Origin: Psammoneis japonica
Taxonomy: Eukaryota
Assembly (NCBI GenBank): GCA_008632985.1
Contig: QPGO01000318.1
Span: 1-57,946 of the forward strand
Reading direction: 5' to 3'
Length of the DNA stretch: 57,946 nucleotides
In this document: positions 38,513 through 50,191 of the stretch, one piece after another
How positions within the stretch are numbered: position 1 is the stretch's first letter
Layout: every line of letters begins with the position of its first letter
Notes under the pieces: model-generated
Databases searched by the model: none
What the model saw: only the letters and a program-made list of their open reading frames with translations
Told to the model about the DNA's origin: nothing
Translations under genes and position numbers: made by a program

Positions 38513-40979
38513 ATGCACTCCTCTCTCTTGTCATCAATGCCACCAAAGACCGCTTTGCAAGCAATTTTTGCCGCCATTGTGACAGCAACGTCTCTGCCGC
38601 AAGCGCTCCTCATTCTTGCGCCATTGTCATTTGCATCTGCTGCTGCCACTGCAGCTTTCGGCATCGGCTCTGCGCACGCATTTTGTCCAGTGCGCCTCCT
38701 GACACCTGTTGCCCTCCATGCTGCACAGCCCCAACTCCGCATCTCCAACACTGTGGCGCCTGCGGAAAGCACCCGTTCTAAGACGGCCTCGTCTTGGTGG
38801 GAACGGATGTCCAACCTCCAAGCGGCTGTCTCTCCCAATGCAGCATCTCCTGAAGCTTCGTCCACTCCTGCGGGCACCCCATCCATGAGAGCATCTGTTG
38901 TGGCAGCTGTTCGGGATGCTCTGCAACCTCATGCATCAACTGCTGCTCCAGTTGATGCGATGGCAGCAACTTCCCCACCTGCACCTGTGCAACAATCGGC
39001 TCCTCCTGCAATCTGTGCCCCGCCACATGACACACCGGCACCATCGCCTCCACCTTGTTTGCCTCCTCCTTCAGCTCCGAATTGGCCTCACTCTCCTCCG
39101 GTCCCCAATGAGGAACTTTTGTGGGGCTGTCGGGTTCAACTGGAAAATGATGCAGTGCAACTGCATGACACCCAAACTGCACACACCAATGCTGCCACCA
39201 AAATCTGCTCTCTTCACAGCAAGGTGCAGTCCCACCGTGCCCTGACTGAACAGACCCGAATGGATGTGACAAATGTTGCGACCACCAGTGCCATTGATGC
39301 GCCAAGCCAATCTCTGGAGAAACAGATGCAAGCCACCAAAGAGGAGGCTTTGGCAATGGCTGGTGACATCACTGACTCCACCATTGCCTCCCGAGACAAT
39401 CAATTTGTTCAACTCTTGGATGAAAATCTTGCACCTTGCATTGCCGAAATCAAAAACGAGATTGATGCTTCTGAGGCCACCGTGCTGCAGCACCTGAAAC
39501 GGACCTCCCAAGATGAAGAACAATGCATCACCGCAGTCACTGCTTCCCAGATTGAGGCATTGGAAACGGCTGTCTCCAATGCAACACACACCCTGGGAGA
39601 ACTCGCTGGCTCTGCTCACACCAATTTTCAAAACCAGATGCAAGGTGATGTCACCAAACATGCAGAAGAGTTTGACATTGATCCTTGCTTGATTGGATGC
39701 CACTAAAGCTGCAGCCAAAACCGTCATTAAAAACAGCCTTGAAGTGGCGGCGACCATGACGGGTTCACTTGAGGACTGTGAGAAACTGCTCCCTTCCCCC
39801 TCCTCTGACACTGCTGCTGCGACTCAACTCCTGGCGGCTAAATGTGTCATGCAGGATGACCTTGCAGACACCCTTCGAACAGAATTCGATGGCGTTAATG
39901 CCCAGCTGCTCGCCCAAAACAACTCCATCCGATCACAGGAGGAACGTGTTCAGACTGCTGCCAAAGTCTCTGAGGCTGCTCGTTGTGAAGTCTCGGGCAT
40001 TCGGAAGGATCTCCAGGCTTTTAAAGCATCTGCCCCACCACCCACCACCCCATCCTTCCCTGCGGGCCATGCAATGTCGTCTCCGGACCCGTCCGATGGG
40101 GCCAGTGCTCCAGATCCTGACAGCATTCCTCCCACCCTTGCAGTGAAACTCACCACGGTTTTGGACAACATCATCAACCGTCTCCCTGGTGCCAATCCCA
40201 CCTCATCCTCTTCTGGTTCACCGTTGGCCTCACTTCTCTCGTCAGGTAAATCCTCTGGCTCCTCCAGCTCTGAACGGTGCCACAGCAGTGAAACGTTTCG
40301 CGAGACCCCGGGCCCCTGTCTCTGAACTGTGGAACCATCCGATGTCGTCACGTTCCTGAAGGCCTTCCACACTTGGTGCACCCAGACGGGTGTCCCCATG
40401 CATGACCCTGACACCCTTGCAAGGGATCAATCAGATTTCTGCAACCCCATGCTCGTCAGCACCATCCAACGCCAGAAGTGCACCATTGACATTCATGCCA
40501 AGCTGATCCAAGATGATGTCCTTCTGGATCATTGCCTGTGTGATGGCTGGAAGAAGATCTGCACAGCTTCTGTGGATGGCCATGCCATTCTGTCTCATCT
40601 GGCCGCCATTGGTCTTCCAGCACTCACCGGCAAAGTCGCTGAACCTCCTGCATGGAAAGGTGGCCTGTGCGAACTTGTTGCAGATTTTACCACCTTCTTT
40701 GCAGTGGCCGATGTGGCGGCTGCCACAGTGGATCCGGCTGCACCTCCGGCGCACTCGGACAGGAACAAATCTGTCAAGTTGCTGGACTCGATTCCGGACG
40801 GCCTCTGTGAATTGGTCCCCCTCCTCAAACACTGCCTCCGTGAACTTGGAGAATCCTCCCCACCACCACATGACCTGCATCTTGTCTCCTTGATCACTCA
40901 GATTGATCCAAAACTTGCCTCCTCCTCGGATCCAGCCGGGTCTCTTCACGCATTCCGAGGCCGCTTGCAACGCCCATGA
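38513..40979 (+). pseudogene. Disrupted gag-like region of the Copia element
   Basis: Long Pro/Ala-rich and coiled-coil ORF pieces directly after the PBS. All pieces are Tyr-free. The assignment is positional. Confidence 0.55.
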
Positions 40980-41131
40980 CCCTCGTCTTCTACGGACAGA
41001 CAGACACACGCATTTCAACATCGCAAGGACCTTGTCTGGGATGCTTGTGGTGCATTCGGACGTGGCCACTGTGATTGCTCTCAGCTTGCTTGTCATGCTC
41101 TGCCAATGGATTTTGTCAAGAACCACACGGA

Positions 41132-41518
41132 GACGCATTCCAGCTCTGGGTGGGACCTTGCACTGTTGAACTGTGACACAATCATTTTTTGTCATCCGTC
41201 GCATGTTTTGCACACACTTGTTCTGTTGTGAAAAATTGTTCCACACTGCCTGTTTTGCGAAGCCAAAGGCTTTCTGCCATCTGTGTTTGTGACAATAAAA
41301 ATGCACTGGGTGTGTTCTTTAACATCTGAAGAACACACCCGGACATGCTGCAAAGAATGTGCTTCAAGTGTGGAGGAGGAGACACATTCGCAAAATTGCC
41401 TCTTTTTCTTTTGCAATCATTGATGTGTCCATTGCTTCACAATTTTACTGCGGAGCTCGCACGCAGAATTCTGCGGGCCCAATGTCACAAAAAGTCCCAC
41501 CTGGGACTGGAACCCATC
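41132..41518 (+). mobile_element. MITE copy 3 (TpA-decayed, CpG partly kept), nested in the Copia element
   Basis: TIRs GACGCATTCCAGCTCTGGGTGGGA and TCCCACCTGGGACTGGAACCCATC; TSD CGGA at 41128-41131 and 41519-41522. Confidence 0.9.
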
Positions 41519-42122
41519 CGGACAAAGTGTCTTCCATCATCTCCAAGTGGCGCTCACACAACCAATGTCACAAGGACACACCGCGTCCTGTGGTGCGTGC
41601 CTTCTCATCCGATGCGTCGGACAAGATTCTTGATTTCATGATGGACGAAGCCGCGTCTGACCTGCTGTTTGAGTCCAACGCATCCCCGGATTTTCAGTGA
41701 GCCAACTGTGTCCATCTCCCACTCACAGCGAACGGCTTCACAATGACAGCGGGGCAGATGATCGGGGCACTTCCATGCCTCTGCCTTCCGCTGAACCACC
41801 GATCCCTCCTTTGACATGTCGATCTTTTGCATCTGCGATTCCTCTGCCTGCTGAACTTCCCGACTGGACTCACTTGGGCCGACCTCCCAATCTTGTCTCC
41901 ACCAACTTGGACTCTGCATCATCACACTCCATCCCCGATGATGACTCCTTGTCCATCTCTGACGAATCCTGGGCCACGGCTGTCAAAGAGTTTGCCGATG
42001 ACCCCACGGCTGTGTTGCGTTGCTTTGATTGTCAATTTGAGTCTGCGGAGCCCCCATCTCCACCGCTGCCCATCACCGCACCCCATGACTGTGTCTCCCA
42101 ACCACCACAGGCAACTTCTCCC

Positions 42123-42713
42123 ATGGAACTCACTGGATGCAAGGACTCTGATTGGGCCGCTGACATCCGCCACCGACGCTCCAATGCTGGCATTGCCTCC
42201 CCACTTGCTTGCGCCGCCATTGCTTGGAAGACACGAGTGCAACCCTCCACATCCACATCATCCTCAGAAGTGGAATTCACCGCTGCCTTGGATGCTGGCA
42301 AGGTGGCTTTGCACCTTTGCTCAGTCCTCGATGAACTGCCCGTGTCGCAAACACAGGCTGCCCTCACGTGCGAGAACAGCGGTGCATCTCGGATCTCTCG
42401 GATGATGGCCAACGCCAGCCAACCCACCAGACGGACCCGCCACATCGACATTCGCCACTTTGCACTGCAGAATTGGGTCAAACAAGATCTTGTGCACATG
42501 GAAAGGATTGACACTGCCTCGAACTGCAGCGACACACTCACCAAGAACGTTCTGCGCATTCTCTTCTTTCGACATTTGGGCACCCTCACTGGACGTCATC
42601 CCCCATCCTACGTTTTAGATAGCAGCAACGACACGCCACTACACTGTTCACTAGAAGAACAGTGCTCCCACGGTAGATGGGCTCACCATTCTCCTAGCAT
42701 GGGGGGGTCTTAG
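42123..42713 (+). pseudogene. Copia RNase H domain remnant
   Basis: LTGCKDSDWAADIRHRRS...IAWKTRVQ...SSSEVEFTAA...TRHIDIRHFALQNWV...NCSDTLTK. Confidence 0.9.
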
Positions 42714-43021
42714 TGGCTGCGCATCATTCCTGCTTAGATTGGGATCTCTGTCACATCATGCGTCATCGCTCGCAGAAATTTTTTGATTTTTTTGCCACGC
42801 ACGACTGATGATCAAATATTATATTCGAGTCTTAATGTGGAACATACCCGGTTGCGCTTCGTTCGTTGTTCTCCTCATCGCCACGAATGCATTGCTATTT
42901 TATTTGAAAGGCCTTATTACTTCCCTCTCTGGCTTTATTTCCTCTCGCCACTCTCGTCGCCTGGAGATCAGTGAACGACATAACATTGCTTTCTATTCTT
43001 TTTTCATAATCCTCATTGGAA

Positions 43022-43648
43022 ATGTGTAACACGTTAGACAGTCTGATCTACAGATTGGAGAGAAACGACCCGGAACTTGAGGAACTCAGTTTTGCGAACG
43101 AAGGGATCGTCGATGTAACCGATGAAGATGCGGCCACTTTTGCAATTGCTCTTACTCTCAACAAAACTCTCACGACCCTTGATTTGAGTGGCTTGAAGCT
43201 TGGTGATTTATGGGCCGAAATGCTTGCAAATGCGCTTATTCTGAATGACACCCTCACCGTGCTCCGACTCCACAAGAATAAAATACACGATGGCGGAGCC
43301 AAGAGCCTGCTTGCGGCCTTGCGTCACAATCACACCATCACGGCTATTTATATTGCTATGAACTCCATTCATGACGATTGCATCAATGATGAACTACAAA
43401 AGCTCGTCGATATAAACAAGTTGGGTGCCGAGGAGGCTGCCAAGAAAAAGGCCGAGCTCTTTGGATCAGGATGGGTGGGAGAAGCCATCAAGCTCCGTCG
43501 CCAGGCAGAAGCCGAACTTTGTCCAAAGGATCCGACGCCAGTTGCACTAGCTCACTCGCCAGAGGGATCAGGAAGCAGTTACAGCTTGTCGCATCAAAAG
43601 CCCGCGTATTCATATGCACCTTCAGGCGGGCACAAGAAAGTTGACTGA
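43022..43648 (+). CDS. RNI-like LRR protein (NLRC3-like repeats)
   Basis: RLERNDPELEEL, LTLNKTLTTLDL and NDTLTVLRLHKNKIHDGGAKSL. Confidence 0.8.
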   Translation: MCNTLDSLIYRLERNDPELEELSFANEGIVDVTDEDAATFAIALTLNKTLTTLDLSGLKLGDLWAEMLANALILNDTLTVLRLHKNKIHDGGAKSLLAALRHNHTITAIYIAMNSIHDDCINDELQKLVDINKLGAEEAAKKKAELFGSGWVGEAIKLRRQAEAELCPKDPTPVALAHSPEGSGSSYSLSHQKPAYSYAPSGGHKKVD

Positions 43649-43856
43649 ATGAAACGCGTATAAATGGATGGCTTTGTATGCATTCGAGATGCTATTTTTA
43701 CCGCGCTATACTTTGCTCGATAAGCAAGCAAAGGAATCCTTTTGGTTGTGTCGTTCTCGATTCAATTTACTTGACGAGTGAGTCTTTGTCTAAAGATAAT
43801 CCTGTACATAATTTTTTGTTTATTCCTAGCCCTTTCGTATTGAAAATTAACACGGC

Positions 43857-44634
43857 CTAGATCAACGAGCGCCTTGTTTTTAAATCATCGTCGTCATCCT
43901 TTTCCAGTTTAATGCCATAGTCCAATGCAAACAATCGCTTTTGCAATTGTTGTTCCACTCTCCCACTCCAACGCTTGTTCGGATTGTCTTCACGTTCAAT
44001 GTCATCCATTTTACCGGCGCCGTCCACAAGTAATCTCATAAGCGGAGAGCAGTTACTTCGACTCTGCGGTGGTCCTATTGAGCATAATAATACGGTAGAG
44101 AAGAAGGATTAAGAACAAGCTAGAGTACGTGCACGTATCCAGCAACGAATCAGCAGGACGACGCGTACCTGTTTCACAGAGTCGGTCAAAGATTTTGTCA
44201 ACATGTTCTTTTGAATACCTTCCATCTTGTAGGCGCTGCATCACTTCCTCCACAGTATTTAATATGTCTGTACTTTCGTCAATCTTGAAATTCACAAGCA
44301 AATCGTTTATCCATCTATCAACTTTCTCTTCTTCCTTTTGTAGCTTTTGCTTTTTCTCTTCCTCTATTGCCTTTTGCAGCGACTCTGCTTCTGCTCGGAG
44401 AGCATTTGCTTGCTCCTGAAGAGTAGTAACAGACATGACAAGAGCTGACGATGACTCTGTAGTGATATTTTTCTGCAGACTCTCCATTTCGTCTGAACTA
44501 GCCGCGACGAAGTGCGTCAAGGGTCGACGCCGGTTAATTGCGTGATGGAACAGCCCACGTTGAACGAGCAGCGCCCTAGCATCCGGAAAGTACACAAACA
44601 GAAAAGGAAGACAGAAACATGTTGTTCTTAGCAT
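43857..44634 (-). CDS. Uncharacterised two-exon protein with signal/transit-like N-terminus and coiled coil
   Basis: ORF 44053-44688 is joined by a probable GT-AG intron (~44168-44064) to SRSNCSPLMRLLVDGAGK. Confidence 0.6.
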
Positions 44635-44829
44635 CACGGCAATAACAAAGCACAAACAGTGCTGCGGCGGAGGTTTGGTATGATACACCCATCGAAGGCC
44701 ACGCCAGTCAGATTGAGAATCCCGTTCTGCGCCAAGTTTTTCGGTTCGGCCACAACGGTATGTTGGCGAGTGATCGAACTGATCCGCTAAGTCGTGTTCT
44801 GCAAACGTTTACGCCAACCCGAGTCGTGT

Positions 44830-46940
44830 TTCACTTTTAACAAGATGTTCCGCAGGTGGGTGGAAAGCCTTCGGAGCACCCTTCTGTTGATTTGAGCCCA
44901 CTCTTCACAACAAGGCTGTTGTTTGTTGCACTCAGCAGCACAAACATTGGGTGGGGGTAATTTGCCAACAAGGTGAGGGTGAGCAAGCATGGGTGAATCA
45001 TTGGGTTGGTGAAATCTCTTGCTGTGCCAACAACGCCAAAAAAAGAGCGCTGGCTGCAGAAGCTGCGCTGTCTCTTCCTGCCTGCAAATGCTTTCATTGT
45101 CAATGTCTTCTCAAGAAGTGCAGTGAAAGAGAATGTCATTTGGCAGATCAAGGCTTTGCTCAGGCCAAATTGAGAAGACACAAGTGTGTCATCACAAAGA
45201 ACAGACCGCAGCCAGCGCCGCCATTGTCTTTCTTGTGCAGAGCTGTTTTTGGAGCATGTTCCTGCTTGCTCTGAATGAGTCCAGACACTCCATTGTTTTT
45301 CTGTCAGCATGACAAAGTCAAGCAATCAGGCTCTCACATTGTTCCAGAGAGATGAACCTCACCTGTGGTGTGTCAACAATTCTCCATTGTGACAGCAGCA
45401 GCACCACCAGCTGCCTTGACAAATGTGAGCGGTGGGCCAGTCATCCACGCCACCCATTGCTGTGGTTCCTTGCATGGGTGGGTGATGTTGCTGTGAAGAA
45501 GAAGAACCCAGCAAAGGTGCTGATGCCAGCATGGCCTTGGCTCTGCAGTCTGAGTGTGATGGGGTGCCCGTGCACGGAAGATTTTCCTGCCAAAGCCACA
45601 CACAACCCAGTGTCTCCTGCCACCCCCTGAGATGCTCTGAGAAAGTCATGCAAACACATCATGTGCTTTTGCATGCAAAACACAAGGTCTGAGAGTTGGT
45701 GTTTGTTTGTCTGCGATTGCCCCCCACCTTTCCATGAATTTTCTGCACCAAACTGGTGCCACAGTTTTTACCACAATGCTGCATGAAAAATGATTGATGG
45801 TTGAGAGAGCTGCTGCTTTTCCCCAGAGCTTTGCTTGCTTGCAAAAAAAAAGGCCTTCAAAACAAATTTGGCAGTGCCTGACAGTCACTTGCCATTTTGA
45901 GCTCTGAGCTGCATGAGGGAAGCATGGTGGAATCTTCTGCCCACCCCATTTTTCAGATTTTCCATCATCATCTTCTCCACGCAAAACAAACTGTCTGAGA
46001 TCTGAGAGCTGTTGCAAGGAATTTTGAAAAACTGACTTTCAGCAACCTGGGCTTTATGTTTTTCTAAGGCCAGCAGCTCAGAAAGAAGCTGCACATTCTC
46101 CTTGTCTTTGTTCACGTGCTGGGCCTGCTGCACCTTGCCCTGTGATGCTGCAGCAAAACATTTTGCATTTTGCCTCCCCTGAGTGATGCCCCACTGTTGT
46201 GATGGTTGTTGTTGTTGCTGACAGGTTGTTTCATGAAAAAACCATTTGTCCAAGCTCTTCTCTTAGAGAACTCACAAGGAACAAGCTCTGAAGCTGCTGC
46301 TTGCAGCTCTTTTCTTTGCACAGGGGATTCCAAGCAATGCTCACAACTCTTGCACAAAGCTCTCCTCATCTTGACACATTGACCAAGACAGCAGTTGCAT
46401 GGCCTTCCCACTTGCCAACAACAAGAAGCAGGTGCTGACAACAAAGCCTCACCTTGGTGGAAGAAAACAAACAAAACAAGTGGCATGACAATGAGCCATG
46501 CGTTCTGTTTGCAGAAGAGGTGTGATGGTTTCCTGCTCCAGCCACCATCACAGACAGCCTTCTTTGGCACCATGTCATTCTCTCTCCTGGCAGACAAGCA
46601 CGCATGATCTGAGCAGCAACAAAAGTGCATGTGACAATTCTGTGTCACAATTTGTGAAGTGATTCGCAACAAGCAACAACATCATGTTCACAGCTTGTCT
46701 CAAATTGCAGAGAAAGGCGCTGCAATCTGAAAGGGCTGTTTTTTGTTGTTCTTTCTTCTTGCACCACCCATGCACCGCAGCAGCAGTGTGGTTGCATGTG
46801 AGAACACCACTCATTCTCCCAACAAACACAGCTCTGATGCAGCTGATGGTGGTGGCTGCAAGACCATTTGTCCTGCTGGGCGCAGTGGTGAGGCCAACAG
46901 TGAGCGCGGACAGAGAGGGTGTGCCGGAGGTTCAAGGGAT
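44830..46940. other. TpA/CpG-depleted block D (unidentified degenerate DNA)
   Basis: TA is nearly absent except in TTA/TAA contexts; overlapping Tyr-free ORFs occur on both strands. Confidence 0.85.
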
Positions 46941-47221
46941 GACTTTCTTTTATTCTGCGACCTTCCAACAGAGAAGTCATCACTGTTACATGCTGTTCCG
47001 CGCCGCCGCTTGCCAATTGCGTACGGCAAGTAACTACGGCTGGGCCCCTCTCTCTAGTGGCTAGCATGTAGAGAGAGAGTATAGAGTCTAATGACCAACA
47101 ATCGCGAATCCATTTTTTATTTTGCGCACCACTGCTCCCGCCCGGAAAAAGGTTTTCCGCCTTTTCCTGATCACCTGCCTGCTGCCGATTTTTGCCCAAA
47201 TACCGAGGCAATGGTGAGGTC

Positions 47222-49074
47222 ATGACTTATGCCGCCGCCGCCATGACAACTACAACCACGAGAACAACACCAGGACACGCAGCAGTATCCATAACGTTAG
47301 AGCCAAGAAATGAGGTTTCCAGACAAGAATTATTCTGGCGTCAAGCAAGACATTTTGCTAAGCGAAGGCGAGCTACAATTTCTCAGAGCGAGAATTGGAG
47401 AACGGTGCGGCTACTCGAAAACGAGAACAACTCATCAGCGACGACTGTTCCTTTATCGAATTGTCACTTGTCTCTATGGACGGGTGAGATTGGGATTGGA
47501 ACACCACCACAGAAATTTACAGTCGATTTTGATACGGGCTCTTCCGTCTTGTGGGTTCCCAGCGCGTTGTGTGATGATTCCTGCATGACTGAGTGGAACA
47601 AGTTTGATGCTTCTCGCTCTTCGACCTATGCTTCCAATAAGGAACCATTCCAACAATCCTATGAAGACGGTGAAACTGTACAGGGAATTTTAGCGACAGA
47701 TGTCTTGTCCATGGGTTCGCTGCAAGTACCAGAGCAATTGTTTGCACAGGTCTCGTCTCTGTCGCAGTTTCATGCTTGTGCCAGTGAAGAGGGCGTGATT
47801 GGATTGGCCTTTTCCATCAAGTACGAAAACTCGTTGCTTTTGAATTTGGCGCCGCATCTCAAGCATTCCATGTTTGGATTGTATTTGAATCCAACCAATG
47901 ATTATGGATTAGAGGGACAAGCACCGTCCAACAACAAACAACCGAGCGACGTGGCTGTGCAGAGCCACTCGGAACTGGCACTGGGTGGAATCAATCCATT
48001 GCACTATGAAGGGTGTCTGCATTGGCATGATTTGGGGCAGTTTCAGCTGAATACAGGAGAAACCTTTCGTGGCTACTGGGATATCAAGTAAGTGCTTGTT
48101 GAAGAGATTGCTTTTGATTCCTTCCTTTTTCGTCACAAGTTTCCGTTTTTTTTGGCAGATTGCAAGCGGTCCAGGTCGGCGGTACCATTTTACCAAGCTC
48201 GAATTTTTGCTTGGTTGATTCCGGTTCCACCTCCATTGTCGGTCCTCGAGAGGCGGTGGGAGCATTTGCTCGTGTCAATAATGCAGAATGTTTTGAGCAG
48301 CAGGGAGAAACAAACAGTAGGGTAGATTGTTCTTTTGCCTTTGATATAATCGCGGTGGATTGCGATCAACCTCTCTTTTCATTGGACTTTATTGCGGATG
48401 GATCTCGGTATACCTTGGAAAAGGAGGATTTGATTATGCGAGTTGGAGTCGAGGGCGAGGAAGAAGTTTGTTTGTTGCGCGTTCAAGGAGACGACGGGAT
48501 TCCGGTAAGAGCACGCTTGCTCAGTGTGGCGGCTTCCTCCTTTATTATTCATTGCTTACATCTCACTTTATGGTTTTGTTAGGGATGGGTGCTGGGTGAT
48601 CCCTTTCTGATTAAGTATTACGCTGCATTCGACTTTGGTAATAAACGTGTGGGATTTGCACGCGCCTCTCAACACAGTACCGATTCGTGTCCGGATGACT
48701 TTGAATTGAGTATCGGAAACTCAAACCAGCAAACACCGCCATCACTACAGCCACAGGATAGCAACCCTCTAATGCCATCGCAACAAGAAGAGAAAGAGAG
48801 TACTTCAGATCATGTCTACGTTCCACCTGAATCAAGTCACCATAAGTCCTCTGATGAAGATGATTCCTTGTGGAGCGCAGCACACAAATTTGTAGTCGGT
48901 TTTGTTATCGTGGCAATATTTTCTATTTTCATTACAATTCGAGTTCGTAAACGACAACGAGAACGACTCATGATTCAGTTTGCAGAACTGGCTGGAGACG
49001 TGGAGTTGTCGGAAACAACAACAGAGCATCAATTTACGATTGACGATGAAGCCGTGCCACCCAGTATAATATAA
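47222..49074 (+). CDS. A1 pepsin-family aspartic protease with C-terminal TM anchor, 3 exons
   Basis: IGIGTPPQKFTVDFDTGSSVLWV, VDSGSTSI and LGDPFLIKYYAAFDFGNKRVGFA; introns at ~48089-48158 and ~48505-48582. Confidence 0.92.
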
Positions 49075-49315
49075 GCATAACATACATTATCATCCAGCTA
49101 GAGAGGTAGGTAAGGGTAATAATGAATAATGCGCTATTAATCTAGTCTCGTTAGACTGCTCTGCCAAGATAAGGAGGAGATGCTGATGGCATAGCTCGAA
49201 CTGCGAAGCAGAGCAAACACGCATGAAATCCCTATCCTTTTTGCTTTGCTGCTCCCTAATCACACGCTCGCGAGAATTAACAATGCAAGTAAGGGTATCG
49301 TTGTCAGAGCATCGA

Positions 49316-50191
49316 TCAAGAAGGTGCTTCTTCTTCTCCCTCTACAAGAAGAGTTGCCGTATCATTTTGCCTTGCGCAATTGGTGCAATTGCTATACGGT
49401 TGTTCAAAGTATGACGTAATGTTGCGAAGACATGGTCCACCAGAAATGTTGGTTCCATTCAAAAAGATCTCATTATACCGTTTCGAACAGACAGACAATG
49501 GAACGGATCCAGTCACATTCTTGGAGTTCATCAACCAGAGCAAACAGCCAACTCGATTGAATAGGGAGCCACCAGAAAAGCATGGCAGATGGCCTACAAC
49601 ATTAGGCAACGTACCCGACAGTTGCGTGCGTTCCAGAAAGGCATACCGGGTATTGCGAGGAAGAGACAGATGCCCTGAAATGGACGTAGCCGAGGAAGAC
49701 CACGGAGAAAGAGCAACCGTGTGTACTCTTGGCAACGCCTTTTCCAAATTAAAAAGCTTACCATAAATAAAATTCGACGAAAGGTCGATTATCTGCAACG
49801 AAGTTCCGAGAGCTCTAAATGCATCTTCAAGATGTGAGATATCCCCGCTCAAATTGTTGGACGCCAAAAGTAGAGCCGTAATGCCGTAGTTAGCTCCAGA
49901 TCCTGCATCGGGGAGCATTTGGTCCACTATAGGCTGGCAAGTAACACCATACCATCCACAAGCATTGTTGCTGTCGGTGATGCTGTCAGCACCGACCCAT
50001 CCTTTGCTGTGTAGCCAGGACGGACCTCCCAGTGTGTCGTAGATTTGTCGGAGCGCGGCAACTTGCTCCCAAGGTACACTGGATGATTGGATATCCAAAC
50101 CTCCATGGATTTCATTGTCGGATATGACAATTGTTCCGACTGGTAACTCCCGCAAGCGTTGATTTCGCAGACATGAAACGTCCGTCTTCAC
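49316..50191 (-). CDS. LRR domain (LRRNT plus plant-type LRRs); likely the C-terminal part of the phosphatase gene
   Basis: ALRQIYDTLGGPSW...CGWYGVTC and LASNNLSGDI; overlaps the upstream ORF by 80 bp. Confidence 0.75.
   Translation of the reverse strand: MKTDVSCLRNQRLRELPVGTIVISDNEIHGGLDIQSSSVPWEQVAALRQIYDTLGGPSWLHSKGWVGADSITDSNNACGWYGVTCQPIVDQMLPDAGSGANYGITALLLASNNLSGDISHLEDAFRALGTSLQIIDLSSNFIYGKLFNLEKALPRVHTVALSPWSSSATSISGHLSLPRNTRYAFLERTQLSGTLPNVVGHLPCFSGGSLFNRVGCLLWLMNSKNVTGSVPLSVCSKRYNEIFLNGTNISGGPCLRNITSYFEQPYSNCTNCARQNDTATLLVEGEEEAPS

Larger units (their letters stand above)
38004..42753 (+). mobile_element. Non-autonomous Ty1/Copia (CoDi-like) LTR retrotransposon with 46-bp LTRs, hypermutated
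   Basis: 5-bp TSD CATCA at 37999-38003 and 42754-42758. LTRs are 38004-38029 plus 38430-38449, and 42708-42753. PBS-like GGTTGTGAGC at 38450 and G7 PPT at 42701-42707. RNase H motifs DSDWAAD, SSSEVEF, RTRHIDIRHF and SDTLTK. Confidence 0.9.

Noticed and set aside
35561..42600. Classical fungal RIP or simple CpG deamination as the explanation
   Set aside because: RIP creates TpA and hits both copies. CpG decay cannot remove TA, and CpG is often retained where TA is gone.
47009..47070. Hairpin (cttgcc...ggcaag) followed by CTAG, a possible Helitron 3' end bounding block D
   Set aside because: The spacing is atypical, and no 5' TC end or second copy could be identified.
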